Notes: generated by a model not told the origin, from the letters alone. A stretch of DNA of 24,841 bases from Bacteroidales bacterium (GCA_017994175.1 JAGOLH010000045.1:1-24841), one strand, 5' to 3'. Shown: positions 7,711 to 16,229, counted from the stretch's first letter. Translations and numbers: made by a program.

Positions 7711-9150
7711 ATGGAACCTTACATTTTAGTCATTGTCAGTGCAGGAGTACTGTTCCTGTTTATTCTTTTAATAACTTTCCTCCGCAGGTACAAACGCTGC
7801 CCGTCCGACCGAATTCTGGTCGTTTACGGAAAAGTGGGCAAGAAAGGTACCGATGAGTCGCGTTCATCGAGATGTATTCATGGAGGAGCATCGTTTATAT
7901 GGCCTGTAATTCAGGATTATCAGTTTCTGGATCTTACACCCATATCGATTGAGATTAACCTGAAAAGTGCCTTGAGCAAGCAGAATATACGTGTAGATGT
8001 TCCCTCAATTTTTACTGTCGGTATTTCTACGGAAGTTGGAATTATGTCGAATGCTGCAGAACGTTTGCTTGGTCTTGCCAGAGAAGACATCAGCAATTTG
8101 GCCAAAGATATTATTTTCGGTCAGTTGCGTCTTGTGGTTGCAACCATGGATATTGAAGAGATTAACTCGAATCGTGATAAATTTCTTGCCAATGTTTCGA
8201 CCAATGTGGAGCAGGAATTGAAAAAAATCGGTCTGAAACTCATCAACGTGAATGTTACCGACATTAAAGACGAAAGTGGATATATCGAAGCACTGGGTAA
8301 GGAAGCAGCAGCTCAGGCTATCAACGAAGCTAAAAAGTCGGTAGCCGAGAAAAACCGCGATGGTTCTATTGGTGAAGCTAATGCTATGAAAGATCAGCGT
8401 ATTCAGGTTTCTCAGGCAAATGCTACTGCAGTTGATGGTGAAAATATGGCTGCTATTGCCATTGCAAACTCATCGTCGAACAGACGCGAGAAAGAAGCCG
8501 ATGCAGAACGAAAGGCAGTAGCTGCCGAAAAGGTGAACAAAGCCCGAGCTCTCGAAGAATCGTATTCTGCCGAGAAATCTGCAGAAATCATCCGTGCTCA
8601 GCGCGAGGAAGCAACACGGCAGGCTGATATAATTGTTCCTACAAAAATTGATAAGGAAAAAATAGAAATTGCAGCTGAAGCTATCGCAGAACAAACCCGT
8701 CGCCATGCCAAAGGCGAGGCCGATGCTATATTCATGAAAATGGAAGCAGAAGGTAAAGGTATTTACGAAATTCTTACCAAGCAGGCCGATGGTTTCGAAA
8801 AGCTGGTAAAAGCTGCCGGTAGCGATCCTCAGAAAGCCGTAATGCTTATGATTGCCGATAAATTGCCCGATATGGTGAAAACTCAGGTTGAAGCCATTAA
8901 AAATATCAAAATTGATAAAATCACTGTTTGGGATGGTATGTCGAGTGGTAAAGACGGTAAGTCACCGGCTACGGCTAATTTCCTTTCTGGAATGCTGGGC
9001 TCAATTCCACCAATGCAGGATCTGTTTAAAATGGCAGGTATGGAGTTGCCCGAATATCTGAAAGGTAAAGTTCAGACCGACCAGTACTCCAATGTTAAAG
9101 TTGAAGAAATACCTCCTGCTGAACCATACAAAACCGATAAAAAGAAGTAA
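7711..9150 (+). CDS. floT: Flotillin-family SPFH/band-7 protein (FloT/YuaG/YqiK-like).
   Basis: An N-terminal TM helix is followed by an SPFH domain. A long Ala/Glu-rich coiled-coil segment (EAAAQAINEAKKSVAEKN...AEKSAEIIRAQREEATRQ) follows. The NfeD-flotillin gene order is the classic arrangement. Confidence 0.85.
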   Translation: MEPYILVIVSAGVLFLFILLITFLRRYKRCPSDRILVVYGKVGKKGTDESRSSRCIHGGASFIWPVIQDYQFLDLTPISIEINLKSALSKQNIRVDVPSIFTVGISTEVGIMSNAAERLLGLAREDISNLAKDIIFGQLRLVVATMDIEEINSNRDKFLANVSTNVEQELKKIGLKLINVNVTDIKDESGYIEALGKEAAAQAINEAKKSVAEKNRDGSIGEANAMKDQRIQVSQANATAVDGENMAAIAIANSSSNRREKEADAERKAVAAEKVNKARALEESYSAEKSAEIIRAQREEATRQADIIVPTKIDKEKIEIAAEAIAEQTRRHAKGEADAIFMKMEAEGKGIYEILTKQADGFEKLVKAAGSDPQKAVMLMIADKLPDMVKTQVEAIKNIKIDKITVWDGMSSGKDGKSPATANFLSGMLGSIPPMQDLFKMAGMELPEYLKGKVQTDQYSNVKVEEIPPAEPYKTDKKK

Positions 9151-9161
9151 AACAATTTGAA

Positions 9162-9188
9162 AAGCCGCACAATGCGGCTTTTTTTTTA
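9162..9188 (+). terminator. Rho-independent terminator after floT.
   Basis: The stem is aagccgca/tgcggctt with loop caa, followed by a run of nine T. Confidence 0.75.
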
Positions 9189-9481
9189 AGGACGTCGAGC
9201 GTAGTCGAGACGTCCGTTAACGCTAGAGTAATCGCAGACGGTTATTCATATAGTATTTATTAAAGAAATTGATTTCATCATGCGGACACCGAGCGTAGTC
9301 GAGGTGCCCGCTATTTAAAGATAATCTTTTACATTTAGGTAATATGTCGCCGACATCTCGGCTGCGCTCGATGACCGGCTCGAAGACCGGAATGGCGAAG
9401 TCGAGGTGCCCGTTATTTAAAGATATTCTTTTACATTTAGGTATTATGTCGCCGACATCTCGGCTGCGATGTCCGGCTCAA
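9189..9481. repeat. Intergenic repeat mosaic of GC-rich palindromic units plus two ~85 bp direct repeats (about 9299-9385 and 9400-9481, period 101 bp).
   Basis: The first copy gtcgaggtgcccgctatttaaagataatcttttacatttaggtaatatgtcgccgacatctcggctgcg differs from the second at 3 of 68 positions. Both are followed by a related cgatg(a/t)ccggctc tail. The unit cgagcgtagtcgag occurs twice (9196 and 9290). There is a perfect 7 bp stem ggacgtc/gacgtcc at 9190-9215 and the palindrome atgtcgccgacat within each copy. Confidence 0.7.
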
Positions 9482-11845
9482 TTACAAAAACAATGCGCTC
9501 CCGATTTGATTCACTAGAAAAGCCATGATCCACGCGAGTGCCGTAGTATAAATCACTGTAAATAACGACCATTTGAATTTTTCCGATTCTTTCCAGATTG
9601 CTACCACAACTCCCATGCAAGGGAAATATAATAAAATGAAAATAATAAAAGCGAATGCCGACACTTTATTAAAAACGGGTTTACCTGCATTGTTGCCGGA
9701 TGTATGCTTTTCGGAACTGAGTTTCACCGGCAGACTCTCGGCACTATGACCATTTTCGTCGGATGCCTGATACAATACCCCCATAGTGCTCACAACAATC
9801 TCTTTCCCTGCAATGCCTGTGAGCACGCTGATACTCATTTTCCAGTCGAAGCCAAGAGGGTCCATGGCAGGTTGTATGAACTTCCCGATTTTCCCAATAT
9901 AGCTGTTTTCCTGTTGCTCGGCTTCACGTGCAAGATTCAGCTTTTTAACTTCTTTAGTGTCAGTAGCCTCTGTTACCAGAGTATCGTAGTTTTTCGAATA
10001 TTTTATATCTCTCGGGTAATACCCCAGCGCCCATATCAAAACAGAGGCAAGCAGTATGATTCCTGCTATTTTTTTCAGATATTCGCGTCCCCTGATCCAT
10101 GTGTAATGCGTAAGCATTTTTAATGACGGCTTATGATAGTTGGTCAGCTGCATTACATAAGGTACTTCTTTCTTCCGGAATATTGTTTTATTGAACAGAA
10201 ATGCCGTGATGATTGCAAACAGAATACCGATTGAATATATTATAAATAATATGAGCGTAGGGTGTTCCGGGAAAAATGCAGCGATCATCAGCACATAAAC
10301 GGGCAATCTGGCGCTGCACGACATAAAAGGAACAATCAGCATTGTCAGCAGGCGATTCCTTCGGTCATCGAGCATCCGTGTTGCCATTATTGCCGGCACA
10401 GTACATCCAAAACCCATGATTAGCGGAATGAACGACTTCCCATGAAGCCCGATATGGTGCATGTATTTGTCCACAAGAAATGCACCCCTCGAAAGATAGC
10501 CGGTTATCTCGAGAAACCCGATGAAGAAAAACAGAATAAAGATGTTGGGTATATAAATTAAAATACCCCCAACACCGCCCAGTATGCCATCGATTATAAG
10601 ACTTTTCAACGCCCCTTCCTGCATTGTTTTCCCCAGATAATCCATCAGCATCAGTATGCCTTTCTCAAGCCAATCTGAAGGGTATTTGCCAAGCTGAAAC
10701 GTAGCAAAGAAAGTGAGGAAAATAAATCCAAAGAAAATGGGAATGCCCCAGATTTTATGCGTAAGAATGGCATCAAGTTTTCTTTCGGTTTTAACCGCCT
10801 TTTTCGATTTGCCATGGGTGAGGTTTTCTTTGAGCCCCCCATTGATGAAACTCATCCTTGCTTCGTGCACAATCTGCATTACCGGTAGATCGAACAGTTT
10901 TTCGAGCCGTTTTATCTCTGATCCGGTCAGGCAGGTACGCCTCCGACAACGGTTGCAGTACGATACATTTTTCTGTGTGTTTTCGTCGCCTTCAAGAAGC
11001 CTGATAGCCGTGTAGCGGGGAGCAATTTCATCGTGTAACGCCATATCTTTCACAATGTGCTTCTCGATTCGGCTAATCGATCGCTCGAGTTCATCACCAT
11101 AGTTTATGTCAATACTTCGTACATAGGGCTCGGTGTTGTGATGAATGTTCAATAAGGTTCTTAATATCAGCGATTTGTCTTCAGGTTTTCTGTAGGGTAG
11201 AATCGGAATGCCCAACATTCTTCCAAGATGCTCGTAATCGAGCTTTAGACCTTGTTCATCAAGGTGTTCAAGACCTGTAATAATCAACATCATTTTCACA
11301 TCCATGTCGATGAAAAAAGATGCTAAATACAAGTCCTCTTTCAGCCTGGAGGCATCGATTATTCCAACAATCAGATCGGGGTATTCCTGCGTAATGAGTT
11401 CACGTATTTTTGTTTCATTTTCACCCTTACCAGCTATAGTATCGGTGTTAGGAAGGTGGGTGATGTGGATTTCATGATCGTTTTGAAAAACAATCGACTC
11501 CCTGAAATCGGCGATGTCTGTTCCAAAAACCGAATTCAATATTTCGGGATTCCCAAAACTGATTACCGGAATGCTGTTGCATAAGTCATCGAGTTTTTCA
11601 TGCAGTTTTTTATCGTTGGCAGAAACCAGAGTAACGAATGGAGCCAGAGTGAGGGGTAATCTGCGTCTTCCAATATGACCGTTTACTGCAACATGAAAAT
11701 TTTCGCTGTCGATTGATTTTATTCTAATGGTTACTCCATGCTCTAACCCCTGCGCAATCAGTTTACGACGAATACCCCATCTGCCTGAGAGGCGGGCAAC
11801 AACATAACTTTCGCCAACATGTGCTTCCGATAATAACATGCTCAA
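9482..11845 (-). CDS. feoB: FeoA-FeoB fusion, ferrous-iron-transporter-like, whose G-domain has degenerate nucleotide-binding motifs.
   Basis: An N-terminal FeoA SH3-like region is present. The membrane core carries FeoB signatures GFGCTVPAIMATR and PFMSCSARLPVY. The G1 position reads GNPEILNS in place of E. coli GNPNSGKT. G3 reads HLPN in place of DLPG. G4 reads TGLEHLD in place of NMLD. No GxxxxGK[ST] occurs anywhere in the protein. Confidence 0.85.
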   Translation of the reverse strand: MSMLLSEAHVGESYVVARLSGRWGIRRKLIAQGLEHGVTIRIKSIDSENFHVAVNGHIGRRRLPLTLAPFVTLVSANDKKLHEKLDDLCNSIPVISFGNPEILNSVFGTDIADFRESIVFQNDHEIHITHLPNTDTIAGKGENETKIRELITQEYPDLIVGIIDASRLKEDLYLASFFIDMDVKMMLIITGLEHLDEQGLKLDYEHLGRMLGIPILPYRKPEDKSLILRTLLNIHHNTEPYVRSIDINYGDELERSISRIEKHIVKDMALHDEIAPRYTAIRLLEGDENTQKNVSYCNRCRRRTCLTGSEIKRLEKLFDLPVMQIVHEARMSFINGGLKENLTHGKSKKAVKTERKLDAILTHKIWGIPIFFGFIFLTFFATFQLGKYPSDWLEKGILMLMDYLGKTMQEGALKSLIIDGILGGVGGILIYIPNIFILFFFIGFLEITGYLSRGAFLVDKYMHHIGLHGKSFIPLIMGFGCTVPAIMATRMLDDRRNRLLTMLIVPFMSCSARLPVYVLMIAAFFPEHPTLILFIIYSIGILFAIITAFLFNKTIFRKKEVPYVMQLTNYHKPSLKMLTHYTWIRGREYLKKIAGIILLASVLIWALGYYPRDIKYSKNYDTLVTEATDTKEVKKLNLAREAEQQENSYIGKIGKFIQPAMDPLGFDWKMSISVLTGIAGKEIVVSTMGVLYQASDENGHSAESLPVKLSSEKHTSGNNAGKPVFNKVSAFAFIIFILLYFPCMGVVVAIWKESEKFKWSLFTVIYTTALAWIMAFLVNQIGSALFL

Positions 11846-11953
11846 TAAATTTCTACAAATTTAAAATAATTCTAAATAAGAATCAAGTTTTGTACATTAA
11901 TAAAATCTTATCGATTCTGTATGTGTTTGAAAATGAATGTGATGTGGGTAGGA

Positions 11954-13159
11954 TTATTTTATAAACTGTCGTACTCTGATGCGAATACTTATCAGACAAA
12001 TAAGTAGCAGAGCAATAACAAACGAAAGCATGAGCAGCGCAAGAATAGGTGTGTATGTTGCTGCTGATTCATAACCCATAGCCAACATTTTACCGGTATA
12101 AAAGCTGCGGATGAAGTATAACGGAATTACCGATAACAAGGCAATAGCTCCAATCATTACCAGCGATAAAAGGTAGTAGGGGCGCGAAATCTTTTCGGGA
12201 TGGTAGCCCAGTAGCTTGAGTTTAAGAATGTTGTTTTTGTTTTTCTGCAACAGCAGCATTATACTGGTAATCATTAGCCAAAAGGCAAGTGCAGTGATAA
12301 GAAGTCCCACCGAAATTACCATGCTTATTATTATTCGGAGAAACATCAGTGCCTTGCTATTGCTGAGCTCACTTTTATTTACATCGAAGCCTTGTTTTTC
12401 GAAATAGCGGAACATTTCGGGGTTTGAAGGATCGTTTGCTACAACAATTACACGGTTTGGGTCGGGGATTTCGCTGTCGCCGAAGTTTTTATTCCCCCAT
12501 TCTATGAATTCTTTAGGGACCAGAATTGTATTAATCCTGTCGCTGAATCCGATGATGCGTGCTTCGAATTTCTTGCGTTGATTTTTGCCGGTTATCAATA
12601 CATTGAATTTCACCAATGATGCCGATTTTTCCGATACCTGCGGAAGGTTTTGGGTTGTTGCAAATCCAAAATTGTACAGGTTCAGATATGTCTTAGGAAT
12701 TATAACAGGTATAAAATTATCACCTTCTTTCCATGACCATCCTTCATAGTTCACGTCGATGTATTCGCGGGGAACGGCTTCGAAAAACATATCGGTATAG
12801 AAACCGGCCATTGGCCCCTCTTTTCCCGTAAACGCAGCCACTCCGAATGTGCAGTTCGAAAATGGTGTGACTTGTTTGACAAATGACTTGGAGCATAGCT
12901 CATCGATTTCCTGTTTCGAAAAAACAGGTTTGTTCTTAACATCTTCATTGATTTGCCGCAGCGTTTCATCACTGGTAATACGCTTACTGATGATAATGTA
13001 TTCCTCTTTCCAGAAACCTTCGTTGTCGTCGAAGACACCAATTACGTCCACATAGAAGCCTGCGGCAGCCAGCATTATGACCAAGCCCGCAAAAGCTCCC
13101 ATAAAAGCGGCGCTGAGCTGGGTTGCACTGATTTCGGTTTTGAGTACTTTCCAAATCAT
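11954..13159 (-). CDS. ABC transporter permease with a single FtsX-like domain (MacB/LolC/E-type, 401 aa).
   Basis: The layout is an N-terminal TM helix, a large periplasmic domain of about 220 aa, then three C-terminal TM helices (FLRIIISMVISVGLLITALAFWLM ... LLMLSFVIALLLICLI). It overlaps the upstream ATPase gene by 4 bp. Confidence 0.8.
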   Translation of the reverse strand: MIWKVLKTEISATQLSAAFMGAFAGLVIMLAAAGFYVDVIGVFDDNEGFWKEEYIIISKRITSDETLRQINEDVKNKPVFSKQEIDELCSKSFVKQVTPFSNCTFGVAAFTGKEGPMAGFYTDMFFEAVPREYIDVNYEGWSWKEGDNFIPVIIPKTYLNLYNFGFATTQNLPQVSEKSASLVKFNVLITGKNQRKKFEARIIGFSDRINTILVPKEFIEWGNKNFGDSEIPDPNRVIVVANDPSNPEMFRYFEKQGFDVNKSELSNSKALMFLRIIISMVISVGLLITALAFWLMITSIMLLLQKNKNNILKLKLLGYHPEKISRPYYLLSLVMIGAIALLSVIPLYFIRSFYTGKMLAMGYESAATYTPILALLMLSFVIALLLICLISIRIRVRQFIK

Positions 13160-13797
13160 AGCTGCAATATTTGGTCGAAACTGATTTTATGATCACCCCC
13201 GAGGCTGGTCATTACAATGCCTGCCTGCTGCAGTTTCGCTTCCGAAACGATTAAGTCCCATGCTTTCGAAGCGTTTTCGCTGTCGAGATGGCTGAAAGGT
13301 TCATCGAGTAATATAAAACCAAAGGGCTGGCACAATGCTCTGATAATTGCTACACGTTGCTTTTGCCCATAGGAAAGCCTTTTTATTTTCTGTTTCTTAA
13401 AGGCCGCTAGCCCGAGTTGGTTGAGCATCTCGTCGATTTCGGAATCGGTTTTGAAATTTGTAATTCTGTTTTTAAGGGCGATGTTCTGCCATGTATCGAG
13501 TTCATCAAATAGCATCAGGCCCTGATGAACAGTCGAAATCTTTCTTGACAGTAATATGCTGAGTTCGCGTGCATTCATATCAAGAGGGCTTTTACCGTCG
13601 ATGAGCATTGTACCCACATAGTCATTTCGCTGCCCTATAATTATATTTACCAATGTGGTTTTCCCTTTTCCGGAGGCAGCCGAAACAAGCACGCTTGTCG
13701 ATCCCTGCAAAGTAAAATCCCTTCCCCAGACCTGCGAAACACTGTAGTCGGTGTCGAGAAACGGGGAAGGGATTAGTTTTGAAAAACTCAGGTTCAT
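13156..13797 (-). CDS. ABC transporter ATP-binding protein, 213 aa, LolD/MacB-NBD-like.
   Basis: The motifs are Walker A SGKGKTT, Q-loop VHQ, signature LSYGQKQRV, Walker B ILLDEP, D-loop SHLD and an H-loop histidine. Confidence 0.9.
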   Translation of the reverse strand: MNLSFSKLIPSPFLDTDYSVSQVWGRDFTLQGSTSVLVSAASGKGKTTLVNIIIGQRNDYVGTMLIDGKSPLDMNARELSILLSRKISTVHQGLMLFDELDTWQNIALKNRITNFKTDSEIDEMLNQLGLAAFKKQKIKRLSYGQKQRVAIIRALCQPFGFILLDEPFSHLDSENASKAWDLIVSEAKLQQAGIVMTSLGGDHKISFDQILQL

Positions 13798-13801
13798 ACA
13801 G

Positions 13802-13819
13802 TAAAGGACATGTCCTTTA
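13802..13819. promoter_or_regulatory. An 18 bp perfect palindrome TAAAGGACATGTCCTTTA in the 26 bp gap between the lipoprotein gene and the ABC ATPase gene.
   Basis: This is an exact palindrome. It is transcribed as a hairpin within the putative operon mRNA, or it could bind a dimeric regulator. Confidence 0.3.
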
Positions 13820-13823
13820 AAAA

Positions 13824-14810
13824 TTAATTGGTTTTTGTAAGTTCTTCAATTTCTGCCCATTCTTCTTCAGTCAGAGCCTCGTATGCTGTATCTGATTCCC
13901 AATCGTAATCTTCGTATTCATCATCGTACCCACCTCCCCATATCGAATTCATTAGGTCCTCCATGATCCCGAGGTTCTCGAGGTTTTTGAGTACTTTGTT
14001 CCAGTCGGCATTTTGTATGCTTTCGTTTACGCGGATTTTAGTAACCAGGGTCCACTCTGCCTTTTCAGCATCAAAGAATATATGCAGGTAGTTGTCGTTA
14101 AAATCCAGACCAATAGAGGATTCGTATCCTGCAATATCTTTTGCATTAAATATCTGATCGATTACATTGGTTGTAGCCCAAACATTGAAGTCTTTGCACC
14201 CTTTCAGCCATATATTGAAGTCCTTGTTTTCGAGAATTGACTCGTCTTTTTTCTGGTTCATCAGGCTGAACAATTTCTTTTCGAGGTCGTAGTCATAGCC
14301 TTCGGCAAGGGTAAGGATCATAATTTTGTTTTTATTCCATCCCATAATCATTGTCTCCTCAGGCATGAAATAGGTGATTCCGTCTTTTTCTTTTGTTGCA
14401 AATTCGAACTTCATTTCCGTTGCAATCATTTTCATGTTTTCTTCAAATTTGGCTTTATCCACACCTGCAATAATCCCAATTATCAGATTCTCTTTTTCGG
14501 CTTCGCCAAATCCAAATACCTGTTCGGTTAGTTTAATTCCTGTTTCATCGGGGTTTTTCACCGATTTGTTGATAAGATCGGCGATTTTCTTGCTTGTTTC
14601 CTCAATTTGAGTCATTCCTTCCTTGAATTGTTCGTTCTCAAGAAGAATGTTCGGATCCATCATTTCGTGGCAGGCATTACCATCGATGCTTACTACTACA
14701 AAAGCACCTTTAGGAATATTGGTCAGGCAATCCGATTTTTTTGTACACGACGACAAGAACAACGCACCACCGACGAGTGCTATTAATACTATTTGAATAT
14801 TCTTTTTCAT
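13824..14810 (-). CDS. Uncharacterised lipoprotein, 328 aa, with an acidic C-terminal tail. It is a paralog of the next gene.
   Basis: It has a lipoprotein signal and lipobox (LFLSSC). The C-terminus YDDEYEDYDWESDTAYEALTEEEWAEIEEL is highly acidic. It is about 55-60 percent identical to the 14846-16039 product over roughly 290 aa, judged by eye. It may belong to a Bacteroidetes DUF lipoprotein family, possibly DUF4836, but I am unsure. Confidence 0.7.
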   Translation of the reverse strand: MKKNIQIVLIALVGGALFLSSCTKKSDCLTNIPKGAFVVVSIDGNACHEMMDPNILLENEQFKEGMTQIEETSKKIADLINKSVKNPDETGIKLTEQVFGFGEAEKENLIIGIIAGVDKAKFEENMKMIATEMKFEFATKEKDGITYFMPEETMIMGWNKNKIMILTLAEGYDYDLEKKLFSLMNQKKDESILENKDFNIWLKGCKDFNVWATTNVIDQIFNAKDIAGYESSIGLDFNDNYLHIFFDAEKAEWTLVTKIRVNESIQNADWNKVLKNLENLGIMEDLMNSIWGGGYDDEYEDYDWESDTAYEALTEEEWAEIEELTKTN

Positions 14811-14845
14811 ATTATTTTTATTTTTAATTTAAAAATTGTTGCTTA

Positions 14846-16039
14846 CTATTCGCCCATTTCAAGTAATTCAGAACCTTTACATCCATATAACTCAAAAGAA
14901 ACCTGCATTAATTCGGTAAGAATTTTTTCGTATTCGGGTTCTTTTGATAATTCTTCAAACAACTTAGCAGCTTTTGCATCATCCTTATATTTCACTTCAA
15001 ATTCGTCGGAATAATCATTTAATTCCTCCATAAGTGTATTGAGCTGATCGGCTTCTTCCTGACTAATTACTTTGTCGGCAATTGCTTCACGTGCGGCCAT
15101 TGTGTAATCATCCATTACCATAAACATTAATTTTACGTCCGCTTCAGCAGCACTTCCGCCAAACCCGCCGAATTCACTGAAAATGCCATCCAGCATTCCC
15201 ATTTCGGTAAGATTTTTAAACACTTTGTTCCAGTCGGCTTTTTGAATGCTCTCATTGAAGCGCAGCTTTGCAGTCATGGTGCTTTCACCTTTGGTGTATT
15301 CAAAGAAAATATGGCCATAATTGTCGTTGAAATCAATACCCAGCATCTTTTCTAACTCAGCAATTTCTTCATTATCGTCCACAACATTCACAATATTGCT
15401 ACTGATCCAGATATTGAAATCTTTGCTGTCTTTAAGAAATGCGTTAAAATCTTTGTCATCAAGTATCGATTCACTTTTTTTCTGATTCATCAAAGCAAAA
15501 AGCTCCTTTTCAATATCGAAATCATGCCCATCGACAAGCCCAAGCAGCATTACTTTGTTTTTATCCCAACCCAGAATCAATTCATCTTCAGGCATAAAAT
15601 AGGTAATTCCATCTTTTTCTTTGGTTTCAAGTTCAAAATCAAGTTCTTCGGAAATCATTTTAAGATTTTCTTCAAATTTTTTCTTGTCAACTCCGGCAAT
15701 AAAACCAAGAAGCAGGTTTTCGTCTTCCATCGAAACAAAACCATACATCATTCCATCGGCTTCGATGCCCAGCTCGTTGGGATCTTTTGCAACTTTCTCA
15801 ATAAATTCAGCAAGCTTTTTACTGGTTTGTTCGATTTCCTTCATGCCCTCTTTGTATTGATCGTTTTCGAGCATCTTCTCAGGTTTTACCATATCTTTCC
15901 ACGATTTACCGTCGACAGTCATCACTACGAAAGCATTTTTAGGAACAAAGTTTAGATTTGCTGTTTTTTTAGAGCAGGATGTAACGCCTATTAACAAAGC
16001 AGCAGATAGTAAGGCGATTAATGTGATTTTTCTTTTCAT
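14846..16039 (-). CDS. Uncharacterised lipoprotein paralog, 397 aa, with a longer acidic C-terminal extension.
   Basis: Lipobox LIGVTSC. The N-terminal 290 aa are collinear with the 13824-14810 product (shared KEKDGITYFMPE, LMNQKK-ESIL, GIDFNDNY-HIFF, NESIQ-ADWNKV). It carries an extra C-terminal extension of about 100 aa rich in Glu/Asp. Confidence 0.7.
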   Translation of the reverse strand: MKRKITLIALLSAALLIGVTSCSKKTANLNFVPKNAFVVMTVDGKSWKDMVKPEKMLENDQYKEGMKEIEQTSKKLAEFIEKVAKDPNELGIEADGMMYGFVSMEDENLLLGFIAGVDKKKFEENLKMISEELDFELETKEKDGITYFMPEDELILGWDKNKVMLLGLVDGHDFDIEKELFALMNQKKSESILDDKDFNAFLKDSKDFNIWISSNIVNVVDDNEEIAELEKMLGIDFNDNYGHIFFEYTKGESTMTAKLRFNESIQKADWNKVFKNLTEMGMLDGIFSEFGGFGGSAAEADVKLMFMVMDDYTMAAREAIADKVISQEEADQLNTLMEELNDYSDEFEVKYKDDAKAAKLFEELSKEPEYEKILTELMQVSFELYGCKGSELLEMGE

Positions 16040-16229
16040 AGTTAGTGGTATTTAATTGATAATTATAAGGTTAAACTGCATTTAGACTATTAAAGTAATA
16101 ATGTTTAAATATACTTAGTAAATTATTTTTTCACAAATTAATTTGAGTTTTTTTTTAACAGATACAGATAAATTGTTAAAATAATGTTAAAAATACTACT
16201 ATGTAAAACATGGTATTATAAATAAATTA

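Noticed and set aside
9189-9481. Possible CRISPR array.
   Set aside because: There are only two long (~85 bp) copies plus dissimilar palindromic units, with no regular repeat-spacer periodicity of 28-48 bp and no cas genes in the window.
9704-10123. A 139 aa + strand ORF inside feoB, and similar internal ORFs at 10713-11015, 12216-12407, 12849-13192 and 14013-14610.
   Set aside because: All are antisense or out-of-frame overlaps of strongly supported genes with no recognisable features.
11895-11917. Possible Fur box (gaatcgataagattttattaatg on the minus strand) upstream of feoAB.
   Set aside because: The match to the GATAATGATAATCATTATC consensus is poor, and the region is generically AT-rich. 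A proper PWM scan is needed before making this call.
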